Positions 50,869-63,848 of a stretch of DNA of 64,000 nt are shown here, piece after piece (the stretch's first letter is position 1; each line of letters opens with the position of its first letter). Below the pieces are notes generated by a model. The model saw only the letters and a list, made by a program, of their open reading frames with translations, did not search any database and was not told where the DNA came from. Source of the stretch: Octopus sinensis. Its lineage: Eukaryota. Position numbers and translations under genes: made by a program. The stretch spans positions 30,070,001 to 30,134,000 of the forward strand of contig NC_043010.1 of assembly GCF_006345805.1 (NCBI RefSeq), given 5' to 3'.

Positions 50869-52417
50869 GGTAACATGTAACCCAGTACAACCTGTTACAT
50901 GGTCGGGTCGTTGGCGACTAAACTGGCAACCCCACCAAGATTTCTTGGTGAGGAGGGTGATTTGGACACCCAGCAGGACTAAAAACAAAACCTGTCAAAG
51001 GGCAGAGGAACTCTCTCATGAGTCAATGGCCATCCAAAACCCGGAGTGGAGCCCCTAAGGCGGTTGTATTGCGCCATGCGTGCCACCTTCCGGCAGCTCC
51101 TGCATCCTGGTCTACCCTCAGCCGTCTTGACTTTGTCTTGCCACTGGATCCGGCGCACCAGGACGAGAGAGTGAGGCTGATCCTGCGCAAGTCACCCTCA
51201 CTATAATCCAAGTCACGCGCACGTCATGACATAATGACACCAACATGACACCAACATCACAAAGTCCTGTGACGATGGGGAAACGGTGAAGTAGCAGGTG
51301 AGGATACACTGGGAGCTGCAGTCGTGAACTCACACACAGGCGGCTCAGGACATGTGGTCGCCCCTCACTGAACTGAGGCAGCAGTGGAGTCCGGCAGCCT
51401 CCTGAGTGACCGAGCAACCCTCTTCAGGATCGCTCTGCTCGCCTCCCCAGCATGAGGACGGGGCTAGAAAAGGTTGCCCTAAACATAGCCTGCCTCACCT
51501 CACCCTGGTCAGCAAACCGCGGCTGGCGGGGATCCTTTCCAAGCGGTCGAAACAAAGAAAGAAAACAAACAAAGGTGCTCACTTTCGCAACTTGGAACGT
51601 GAGAACTCTGCTTGACAACACCAAAGTGGACAGACTAGAGAGACGAACTTCCCTGGTGGCCAGAGAACTGAGCCGATACAATGTCGATATCGTAGCACTG
51701 AGCGAGACCCGCCTTGCGGACAAAGGCCAGCTGACAGAGACAGGCGGCGGCTACACTTTCTTTTGGAGTGGTCGCAGCGGCGAAGAGCGTCGTGAGGCTG
51801 GTGTTGGTTTTGCCATCAAGTCAGTACACATGCGGAAACTGGAAAGCTCCCCCGAGGGTATCAACGATCGGCTGATGAAGATGCAGCTCCCACTTGGAAA
51901 CAAGACTAGTGCGACCATCATCAGCGCTTACGCCCCCACCATGACCAACCCTGAAGAAGTTAAGGACAGGTTCTATGAGGAACTCGACTCCCTCATCACG
52001 TCAGCCCAGCCTGGGAAGCTCATCCTCCTTGGGGATTTTAACGCCCGTGTCGGGACTGATCACCAAGCCTGGCATCGCGTACTGGGAAAACAAGGAATCG
52101 GAAAGTGCAACAACAACGGGCAGCTCCTCCTGCGTGCGTGTGCCTCTCATGATCTTACCATCGCCAACACCTTGTTCCGTCTGCCAACACGCAACAAGAC
52201 ATCATGGATGCATCCACGCTCCAAACACTGGCATCTGATAGATTACGTCATCGTCAGGACGAAAGACAGGCGGGACGTGAGACTGGTCAAAGCCATGTGT
52301 GAAGCTGATTGCTGGACGGACCATCGCCTCATCATCTCCAGGATGGATTTCTACATCCGACCTAAGAGAAGACCACAGGGTCAGAAAGTGACAAGGAAGC
52401 TAAACGGCTTTGGATAA
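50869..52417 (+). mobile_element. RTE-clade LINE: 5'UTR plus intact APE endonuclease ORF, 3'-truncated
   Basis: ORF 51452-52417 TFATWNVRTL, DIVALSETR, YTFFWSG, SAYAPT, LGDFNARVG, SWMHPRSKHWHLIDY, TDH; much higher GC than flanks; no RT follows. Confidence 0.93.
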
Positions 52418-52772
52418 AAAGATACAAGGAGGATCAGTAATGATTTTATATGATATATTCTTCTCTCAAATTCACGTACTTATTGCAGCGGTCTTTTAGT
52501 TTTGCTAAGTTCTGTAAAAGAACTCGGAAAGTTCGATCTCCAACAAGGCCTTTCGTGATGCCCTTAAAGCTAGGAACTTTTCAGCACTCCCTTGTAAACG
52601 TATATATTCATGTGTGTGTGTGTGTGTGTATGTGTGTCTGAGCATATGTATGGGTGTGTATACACACACATGCATATATATATATATATATATACATATA
52701 TACATTCACATACGTATGCTCACATACACATACACATACAAGTGGACAAACGAATTTATTGGGAGTTACATG

Positions 52773-52937
52773 TATGGATCAAAACAGTTTGATTCAAATT
52801 CGTTGGTACACTTGAGTTCCAAGCGTGATGCTAGGCGTCAGTCATTTTGAATTTGAATCTCAAAATGGCTGACGACTAGCATCACGCTTGAAACTCATGA
52901 GTACCAACGAATTTGAATCAAACTCTTTTGATCCATA
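52773..52937. repeat. Near-perfect 165-bp palindrome (MITE-like hairpin)
   Basis: ~78-bp arms tatggatcaaaac...cattttga / tcaaaatg...tttgatccata with a ~9-nt loop. Confidence 0.9.
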
Positions 52938-53030
52938 TACTTACATGCATGCATACATACATACATAACACACACACACACACACACAACACACACACAA
53001 CACACACACACACACACACACACACCACAC

Positions 53031-53092
<62 letters not shown>

Positions 53093-53635
53093 GTTGCATG
53101 TGTGTATAAGTGTATGCATCTTTGTGCTTGTCTCTGACCGGTTAACCACTAGTGTTGACTTTTTACCGTACCGTAATTTAGCGGTTCAAGGGGAAAATAA
53201 GACAGTATTAGCAGCAGACTTAGAAAGAATAAAAGAATGTTGATTTTAAACCAGGTAGGTTCGCAGCCACAAACTTTTGAGAAGGATAGATTCGATTAAA
53301 AACCGCGAATCCCAGTTCCTGTCTGGTAATTATTTCATCCGTTCCAGAAAGATGAAAGTCAAAGTTAACCTTACTGGGATTCGAAATCAAAACGTAAAAA
53401 GACGTAGCTATATATAACAAAGCATTTCCCCAACGTCTTACCGATGTTGCCACTCCATCGCCATCTTTTCTGTTATTTGTAACCACACCAACAATACGAA
53501 TAATTCTAAAATTATGAACGGTGGGCAAATATAGAGGCCATTTGTCATCGTGTCTCTCCGTATCCACTTGAAGGTTAAGTGAAGTCCAAGGTTAGGTCAT
53601 CAACATCAAGTTACACTTAGGGAGGAAGATGAAAG

Positions 53636-53673
<38 letters not shown>

Positions 53674-53889
53674 GGAAGGAGGAAAAGAGAGGGAGAAAGA
53701 GAAGTGCTACTATTCAGTAAATTTACTGAACGTGAGAATGGCTCGAGTGAATTAAGTTGCTCTTAGCATACTCCAACAAAGGAGTTAATTGGCCGAGTCG
53801 TTTGAAAGTCGGAGACAAGGCCTCACAGCTTTTGTTATGACTTTCGGCACTTAGTTGAAATCCGGCTGAGGCCTGCTTTACCAGGACTA

Positions 53890-56670
53890 CTTCTAACTTG
53901 TGTCTTTAGGTCTCTGGGTGCGACAGGGAGTAGAAAGCCAGCCAGCCAGCCAGTCCAAAATTTTGGCTGTACCACATTCATTTACGCTGCAAATTAGGGG
54001 CACTGGAAGAAATCTTTCGAACATTTTGTATATTTTGGAGAGACCATAAAATACAGGTGTTCTTTCTAACCGTAAAATCCTGGATTTAGTCTTATTAATG
54101 AAATTGTTTTCCTCCATTTTCAGAATTATTTTGTCAACTTCCTCTCTATAATTGGGATCGACAGGTAATTCTTCATATGAAGTTTTGTCACTTAAAAATT
54201 TTTCATAAGCTGAAGTATACTCACTTTTGTCCATAATTACAATAGCGCCTCCCTTATCTGCCATTTTAATAACAATAGAATCATTATTAGTTAGACGGCA
54301 GAGTACGTAACGTTGGGAATTTGTGAGATTATTCCAGGACTTCCACTTGTTTTAAGTTTTTCCCTAATGCCTGTCTGACAAGATTCAAGAAATTCCATTA
54401 GTGCTTGTGAATGTCTATCCCGAACTTTATCCTAATTGGGATTATTTTCAATAGATTCGACCATTATCATTTTAATTTTCAGTAAATATAGGGTTTTCTG
54501 ACTCCTCGTTACCATTTTTCTCAAAAAAATATTCCTAGCCCTTGAGCTAGTTTATTGTTGTCCAAATTCTTAGTGCTTGGGCAGAAACTCAGTCTAAGCT
54601 CCAAGACAGACATCGTCAGGTAAAAGTTTTAGATAAATTTATGACCAATTTATTCGCTAGTGTGATTGATTTTCTTGGGCAAGTGGTTTTCAGTCTTACT
54701 TTCATTAAATTCCCGATTACCTTTTGGGATTTGCACGAAATCTTCACTTAAAACACGGAACCCATTGGGTGATAATAATTGTTCTGAATGTTCAAGTGAG
54801 AAGTCATAATTTTTAGTCGTTTTTCTAGAAGTAATCCATTTCTGGGTGGGTGATAGAAAGTGAGTGGCTTCTGTGGTTTTTGTAGGCAATTGAAAAACCT
54901 TTACTTTCGAGGCGAAATGGACTGGTCAAATAAAAACTTCTCTGGAGCGTTTCCAATGACCAGTTCAAATGTGTACGCCAGGGTAAAAAGACCACAATAA
55001 TATACGACAACTTGGGGATTAGTAATATGAATTTGTTGAACTGTAGGAATTATGTTTGTTTGTGGTGAGTACGGCATTGTTATTTGTGCTGTTAGTCCCT
55101 GAGGTACTGGTAAGTTCAAAATGTCATAAATATAAACATCTCCGAAAAAATTGGTCGACAAATCACAAAATGATTGTTCCTGGTGTGATGAATGAATAAT
55201 GTGCGGTGTGGACTGTATGTTAGAAATTCCGTGTGAGAAAAAATGGTTGGTTGTATTGGAATTTCAGGAAAATTTTCCGCTATGATTTTCAACCCGGCTT
55301 CAATAAGTTTGTCACATGACATTTGTCCTGAAATTGAAAACGACTTCTCATATTTCAAAGCAAATGTTCTCAACCAAAATTTCCCCTTGCCGACTGGCTC
55401 GGAGGAATGGTAAATAAGCTTTTTCTGCTTCTTTACCTATTTTTGTCTTCAGGAACGAAATTTGGTTTTATTCAAAGTTCAGCAAACAATTACACAAATA
55501 GCTGAAACAATTTCTAAATAATATACCTGTTCAAGGACATCCAAAATCTTCTTAATATCTGCACCAGCAATAATAATTTTGAACGAGAGTGTTCAATAAT
55601 AGCTTCCATTATGCTAAATGAATTGCTCTGACCAATCAATTTAAAATTTTGAAGCAATAAATCGTCAGGCTGTGATGCACACACTGGTATATTTAATGTA
55701 AGACCGTCCGGTATAACTTTTTGTTGTTTGCATGTTTCCAGAAATGATAAATGGCTTTTGATTTTAGCACGCAAACGATTAAGTTTTTTACTGATACAAA
55801 TAGCGATTTCTCATTTTCTGATTCGCATTTGAATAGTACAAAATCCATTGGCCCAGGATTGGGCTCAACACTGGGGTCTAGCGAAACTAACAGGGTTGAC
55901 AAGAAGAAATAAAACACAAAAACTGTAATTTACATTACGATTTTCTTTAGACACCCGACTATTTTGGTAACTTCCAGAATTTCTAAATGTTCCAATTCTT
56001 ATTCGGTGTAATATAAAATCAATCATCTCCATCTACTTGATTTTGATGTTTTAAAAGGGTTGACGTAACTCTTCACAAAGAACTATACGAAGTGTGCGAT
56101 GTGATTGAAATAGACATTTTATTGGTTGAACGCTATTTCGACAGCAAGCCTGTCTTTGTCGAGTTCAAAATGGAAAGTGATAAAAATTCAAAATTAAAAT
56201 ATGAATGAGAGCAATCAGCCTTCTCACATTCTTGGAATGACACCATCAGTTTTCAAATTTCAAGTTTACAACTACCAAAAAGAAAAGAAAGGAAAAGGGA
56301 AAAAAGAAAAGGAAAGGAAAAAGAAAATAGAAAAGGAAAAAGAAAAATATTTTATCAAACATTTTTGTGTAAATATGACGAAATTCTGTCATTTTATTTA
56401 TTCCTCCAGGGCGTGATGTCAATAACCTGCAAACATATTTCTCCTCATGCATTTTGAGTACTGAAAGTGTAGCAGATTCAGAATATTTTCTTAGAATATG
56501 CATTTTCAAGGCTTTTTTCAAAATTGAAGCCATTTGATGCAAAGTGTTCAGCAAGTTCTGTCGAACTACTGTTATTGTGCCTGACGTCATATCTGAGTCC
56601 ATTGAATCGTTTGTTTAATTGTTCTGTTGTACGACCAACATAAATCAAGTTGTGTTTTGTGCATTCCTTT
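53890..56670 (-). mobile_element. Penelope-like element, partial tandem: upstream GIY-YIG 3' end/pLTR, then ORF with 2A-like peptide, PLE N-terminal motif, Ulp1-like protease and RT N-terminus (frameshifted, 3'-truncated)
   Basis: IYVGRTTEQLNKRFNG and HEEKYVCRLLTSRPGGINK (56370-56650); DPSVEPNPGP; SHLSFLETCKQQKVIPDGLTL; HHTRNNHFV, YIYD, QQ..YCGLFTLAY; VINLS, IVIKMADKGGAIVIMDK, FYGLSKIYK. Confidence 0.85.
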
Positions 56671-56689
56671 CTACTATAGACACAAGGCC

Positions 56690-56957
56690 TGCAATTTGGG
56701 GAATGGGGATAGTCGAATTTATCACCCCCAGTGCGTAACTGGTACTTATTTCATCGACCCCCCCCCCAAAGGATGAAAGGCAAAGTCGACCTCGGCGGAA
56801 TTTGAACTCAGAATGTAGCGACAAGCGAAATACCTATTTCTTTACTACCCACAAGGGGCTGAACACAGAGAGGACAAACAAGGACAGACAAACGGATTAA
56901 GTCGATTATATCAACCCCGAAAGGATGAAAGGCAAAGTCGACTTCGGCAGAATTTGA
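56690..56957 (-). mobile_element. tRNA-SINE dimer fragment (1525 family)
   Basis: Two gaaaggatgaaaggcaaagtcgac blocks. Confidence 0.8.
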
Positions 56958-56974
56958 ATGATGATAGCGGTGGG

Positions 56975-57310
56975 GGCATTCTTTGCTCCCCCTTTGTTTT
57001 TATTGTGTGTGCAGAATACTCTTCGATGATCCGTCATTCCACAAATATGGCATTTCAGTCTTCTATTCCATTCGGCAGGGAGGTCAGGTCTGGAATCCTC
57101 TCCAGCTGGTCGGGCTTTACATGGAGAAGTTCACCCAGTCTCCCTCCTCGTTCTTTTGACGCCCAAGAGAGTTTCATTTTCATGCAATACCACACAACCG
57201 AAAATTCACCACAAATCTAGTTCTGATGGCACCCCCTGTATTGTAATTTTCTCTGCTCTTCTTCCCAAATACTTAGGGAAGAGGGCGAAGTGTTCACTGC
57301 GGCGGGCGGC
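56975..57310 (-). mobile_element. LINE ORF1-like fragment with CCHC knuckle
   Basis: RRLKCHICGMTDHRRVFC (CX2CX4HX4C). Confidence 0.45.
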
Positions 57311-58161
57311 CATTGAGTGCTGAATTGCCAAGGCCCCAGTCTTATATATGACTTCAGTCCCACCGAACTACCTTGTCCTCGTTATATATTAGTGGCTCGG
57401 CAAATGAGACCGGTAGAATAAATACCAGGCTTTAAAGGAAAAATGAGTACTTGAGTCGATTCGTTCGACTAAATTTCTTCTAGACAGTGCCCCAGCAAGG
57501 CCGGAATCTGATGACTGAAAAAATAAAAGAATAAAACAATAAAAAAAGCATATTTAAGAAAATTCAAAGAATAATTTCGGAGATGTACTTTCTAGTGTTG
57601 TACTTGCAGGTGATTTGATCTGTGTCAAAACTAAAACAATTATAACATTGAAGATATATATTAGCCATTCAAAATGACAGAAAAATTGTTAATTTCACTT
57701 AAACATTCATTATTTAGTATCAAATATCTGCGTCAACCTAGTCATTGGCATTAACAGTTGCAGTGGAATTATGTCAGTGACCGGGTTGCATTTGGTGCGA
57801 CGAAAATGTGAGCACCAAATAAAAAATGTTGAAGTGAATTTAGTTTTTATGTGTGTTTTTGAATGGCTGATATTTGACTTCCACGCTGTAATTGTTGACA
57901 AGAGAGATGTCATTCTCAAAAAGGAACAAGTATAATAGACAATACGCTTGATAAATGCAACACTACACATACTTGGTCCGGAGGAAGTGAAGCAATCACT
58001 AACCCAGTCCATTTCGAACAAGAAAAGTCTAAATATGTAATATTTTGTGGATAACACTAAATCTTGGTAATATTTGGTTCAAAAAACGGGAGCTGCAATC
58101 TACCGTTTAATTGTAAGAAACTAGTAAAGTTACATTTGCAGGAGAGAGAGAAAGAGAGAGA

Positions 58162-58216
<55 letters not shown>

Positions 58217-59546
58217 CAACCTTGCTCTGTTTAATAATAATGTCTCTTTACATTTCTGCATTCAAATCTCATCGATGTCGACTTAGTCATTTGCCTTTCT
58301 GAGGTCGATAAACCCAAGTTGAGCACTAAGGTTAAAATAATTGATTGTTCCCCTTCACTGGATTTCTCACTTTGAAATAATGTAAGAAATCAGTAGTAAT
58401 ATTTTAAATAATTAAAGCAACTACAGCAACGAAACAGTAGCAATAGTAGCGGTAGCAACAATGTCAACAAATAGGGAGGGTAAATCAAATAGATACTTAA
58501 CAGTTTTGTCAATATTCGAAGCGCTTTTATTCGCAATTTGTTTACAAATTTGTCGTTATTTATTTAGAAGTCTTTCATCGAATTATCGTCGTTTGGTAAA
58601 TCTAAATTGAATTCAATCCCCTTCTCCTCAGCTCCTCATCCTTTTAAAGGAAAAAGAAAACAGGAACACGGACGACATTTACTGTCTGTTATCACGCCAT
58701 CTAAAAGGGTGGTACAGCCATTGACAACAAATAGTTCTAAAAGAAACTAACAGTTTCCAAGCGAAACAAACAGAGTGAATGTACTACGTAACTTCGTTTT
58801 AACAACTCTATTACGTATAGGCTTCAGCTGTTCATTGATAACAAGTAAAGATGTAAGACGTTACACAGCATTATTCAAATGTACATTTGCATAATATACG
58901 CGTGGATTTTCGTAGATGATATTTGAATGTGAAAAAAACCCCAAAAAACAAAAACAAAAAAAAAGCACTCAAGTTTGTCTTACCTAAAACAAACTAGTCA
59001 TAAATAATTTGAAAATTTTAGAGGTGATAAGTAGTGGATGAGACATCTCACATCAGAAGTGAATGAAGACTGGTTAAAAATCTCAGAGTCATCGTTGGCT
59101 TTTTTTTTTTTTACAGTACACACTGCATGACAAGTATGGAATTGTCGCTAAATTAGTGTTGATGTAGATAGACTGAGTTAATATTATTTTGGCTCATGCG
59201 AGGCTGCAGATAAAGTATCTGTTGACAGCTGTTAATATAAATTCATAAATCAGATATTGCTTGGATTTTATTTGGTGATAACAAATCGCCGCAAGCCTGA
59301 AGTGGAAAATAGGATATATTTATATATATAACACTGGTACATTCATCTACCTAGAATTGATCTGTGATTATTACAAAGAAATCACGAAAAGAAGTGAACA
59401 AGTATCTGAGAGTGGATTTGATTGGATTTGAACAGGTCACTGAAGGCGATACTATCGTTGTCAAAAGGTTTCCTATTCGGCATTAGAAACAGAAAAGTAA
59501 GAAGAAAAATTTATTATTATACACAACATGGGTGCGCGCGCACGCA

Positions 59547-59588
<42 letters not shown>

Positions 59589-59592
59589 TATA

Positions 59593-59640
<48 letters not shown>

Positions 59641-61875
59641 TACATACATGCATGCATATATATCTATATAATATATACATACATACATGCATGCATACAT
59701 ATTTTAAATTGATGACTCTTACGAAACTAGTCTTGTTTCATTCTCCTTAGAGACTCACAAGTTTGACTTTCGGATCAACACTAGGGAGAATAAAACACGA
59801 TCAATTTCATAAACACGCATATATATACGCACGAACAAGACACACAAGCGCGCGCACACACACACACGAATATCACACACAAGTGTACACACATGTATGT
59901 ATGTATGTATGTATGTATGTATGTATGTATGTATGTATGTATGTATGTATGTATGCATGTATGCATGCATGTATATATTTGTGTGTGTGTGTTTGTAAGT
60001 ATGTAAAATTACTGGCGCATTCATAACGTTGTTTCAATATTACACTCTATTATTAAGGCATCTGTATATTTAAACCAAACGCTACACGTAATAGTCATTT
60101 GTAACCATCTTGTCTTTACATCCGATAAATTCAAGAACAGTGAAAGGGATTAGTCGGACTAATTTTAATTCTGCAATAAGATTTCATGATCGACCGAATA
60201 CCCTTTTTGTCTGGGGTCCTTCAGAATATTCTGGGTGTGCGCACTAATTGGTATTAATACGAAAGTGGAGTCACTAAAGCGGAGTAAATCTGGGGGCGGT
60301 GTCGTCCAATCACATCCTTAACAATGGACTTGATTCTATATGAGTTTATATCTCTAAAACAGGATGGTTCTTAAGACGTCATGAATAAATTAGGCAATGA
60401 TAGCTATTTTCGGAGACAGAATTACGAGGAAACGATTTCTCGATGACATTTCCACCTCAACTGTAACAACGCTAGACAGAATTTTTTCAAACAAGTCAAA
60501 CAGGCGAGTGAGAATCCTCAGATAAACGAAGTTCTGTTCCTTTCGTTAACAAAATGGCGAAATTTTCCTCTTATGATAATAAATCCTATGTCAATATTTG
60601 CTTTAGTGGCTGGCATGTTTAAAATTATTGAGAAATTTATTCCAACAGCCCAAGAAAATATTTCGAAGCCCAAAAGGATAACATGGCGAAAAACAAAGTC
60701 TGAAATAATTCGTTTTTAACAGTAGAACTCAGAGTAGATAAAGCTATAAATAATGGCATGTAAATACTGGGTAAAAAAATCCTTTGAATAGAAAACTGTC
60801 GGTGAGATTGAACCCACAACTTCTGCGTTATTATTTATAGTTTTATCTACGACGAGTTTCGCCATTAAAAACGAATTATTTTACTCGAAGTTTCTAAATT
60901 ATTAATTTGAAATAAAGTTTTTCAAATAACGCAACCGATTGGTTGAATCGGTAGAGTGTCGCACAAAATATTATGTGGTAGTTTATTATGTCTCTATATG
61001 TTATCACTGCCACTACTACCACTATATTCCTTTTCCTCCTCCGCAGCGAGGGAGCCACTATATGGTCTCATGTTGTACAAAAATAAAAACAGCCAGATCT
61101 CCCTAAAATCACACCAGATAGTGTGTCCATAAGTTATCTGGACATAGAGGTGAAAAAAATGATATGGTCACTACTTGAAATGCCTTTGGTCATCGGTCTG
61201 CTCAACTGTAACTGTCTCGAGGTCAAGCAACAACTACAACGATAATTTCTTACTTAATTATATCCGCACTAAGCAGCAATGCATAAAACAAAGTTACATA
61301 TATTTATATTTAACACGTCCATGTACATTAAACCAGAAAGATCTTCGTTACAGAAACTGTTACGGGGAAGAAATTCACCTTATAAACTGTGTTGAAATAC
61401 ACAAAGCTGGACTATGAGTGGCGCATGTAAATAATTCCAGCTTAACAATACTTAGCAGATGCCAGCGAATGTACTTTCTTGCTGTTTACATAGAAAAAAG
61501 ACAGTCCTTAATGGTCTACGAACTGTCTGTAACTGATGAAACGTAACGATGCAGAAATACATAGCCTCATTCATACCTCAGTTCGATGTTTGTCATATAC
61601 ATAGTCTACAATAATTTTTAAATTCGAGATAGTGACTATAGTGAAATCTTCCCATTCTTGAGTGTACACAAACAGTCAAATTGAAACTTTAGTTCTAATA
61701 ATTAGCAATCCTCCTCCTCCTCCTCCTCCTCCTTCTTCTTCTTCTTCTTCTTCTTCTTCTTCTCCTCCTCCTCCTCCTCCTCTTCTTCTTCTTCTTCTTC
61801 TTCTTCTCCTCCCCTCCTCCTTCTCTTTCTTCTTCTTCTTTTCTTCTTCTTCTTCTTCTTCTACTACTACTACTA

Positions 61876-61928
<53 letters not shown>

Positions 61929-61979
61929 AACATTTGGTTTACTTTTTCTGTTTCGATTTCGTTCTTGCAGGCGACGGAG

Positions 61980-62046
61980 ATGAATGCCATTACCCGAAAA
62001 GCAATACTGCTGATATTGATAGGGATTTCAGTGGGTCAAGTAACAG
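61980..62046 (+). CDS. First coding exon (signal peptide) of gene B, which continues beyond the window
   Basis: ttcgttcttgcag acceptor (exon starts 61971), ATG at 61980, MNAITRKAILLILIGISVGQVT-G, donor acag|gtttgc, phase 1. Confidence 0.6.
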
Positions 62047-62410
62047 GTTTGCATCCAGAATCATTTATATTTTAAGCAGAATTGTCTGCTGGGAGTGGAT
62101 TTCGTCACTTATTAAGCTTGTGGTGATAACATTAGGTGTAGAACGAATTATGTATCTTTGTGTGTGTATGTGCCTATGTGTGTATCTTCTAATATATAAT
62201 AATAATAATAATAATGATAATAATGATAATAATAATAATAATGATAATAATAATGATAATAATAATAATAATGATAATAATGATAATAATAATAATAACA
62301 ACAACAATAATAATAATAATGATAATAATAATAACAACAACAACAACAATAATAATAATAATAATAATATTGATAGTAATAATGATAATAATATAATAAT
62401 AATAATAAAT

Positions 62411-62949
62411 GCCCTGATGCAGTACCAGGCAGTGGCTCTCATGGCTTCTGATCTTAACTGATTGGAAGTGTTATCATGTACATTGTTTTGTCTTGGTATA
62501 AAAGATGGGCTACAGCAAATATTCTGCTCAATACCACAGATTTGCTTGTCAGTTGTTTGACCTTAACCAGTTGAGCATGTCCCTTAGTGGCTGACGATAT
62601 GTGCATCTCTGATCACGAGCAGAAGTAGTGGGGGAGCATCATGGCCATGTGTTGGGGGGATTCTTTGGGGTTTGAATAATTCACCTCTGGAAACATGGGT
62701 GGTTCTTTCAACATCCTTAAACAACCCTTATTCAGAGACCTTTTGAGCGGGATGGGCTACTCAACCTGAAGAAAATTCTAACTGGGCTCCACCTGCAAGG
62801 TCATGTGCTGTTTATCTTGATATGAGATCACCATATTGTGATGCATGTGCCTGGTGTACCTTTATCAGACGGGTAGTCATGATGGGTATATTGGGCTTCG
62901 TATATTTTACCCCAGTGTCACTTTGATGGCATGCACTGCTCTCTCACTC
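62411..62949 (+). mobile_element. Non-coding insertion in an (AAT)n tract (Dong 3'UTR-like or Dong-dependent)
   Basis: 540-bp unique block flanked on both sides by (AAT)n. Confidence 0.5.
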
Positions 62950-63033
62950 AATAATAATAATAATAATAATAATGATAATAATGATAATAATACTAATAAT
63001 AATAATAATATAATAATAATAATGATGATGATG

Positions 63034-63086
<53 letters not shown>

Positions 63087-63097
63087 TAATAATAATA

Positions 63098-63377
<280 letters not shown>

Positions 63378-63515
63378 CATTATGTATATATGTATCTATA
63401 TATATATGTATATAGCTAAATAGATATATGTATCTATATATCTATATATATATATGTGTGTAAGTAAATTTATATGTATATACGTGTGTGTATAGATATA
63501 AATGTATGTATACAT

Positions 63516-63677
63516 GCGCAGGAGGGGCTGCGTGGTAAGTAGCTTGCTTACAAACCACACGGTTCTGGGTTCATTCCCACTGCGTGGCATCTTGGGCAAG
63601 TGTCTTCTACTATAATTTCGAGCCGACGAAAGCCTTGTGAATATATTGGTAGACGCAAACTGAAAGAAGCCCGTCGT
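63516..63677 (+). mobile_element. CORE-type SINE 5' part
   Basis: Matches the head of 11095-11493. Confidence 0.8.
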
Positions 63678-63799
63678 ATATATATATATATATCCTTCCC
63701 TTCTTTCCTGAGCGTCAAATAATACTTTAATTGTTCCACGTCCTCGCGTTGCTGTGTTTTTTTCTGTTTTTTTCTGTGTTTTCTTGTTTGGATTAACTA

Positions 63800-63848
<49 letters not shown>

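Noticed and set aside
57575-57625. FGDVLSSVVLAGDL resembling PIF1 helicase motif III
   Set aside because: Single short match with stops nearby and no other helicase motifs.
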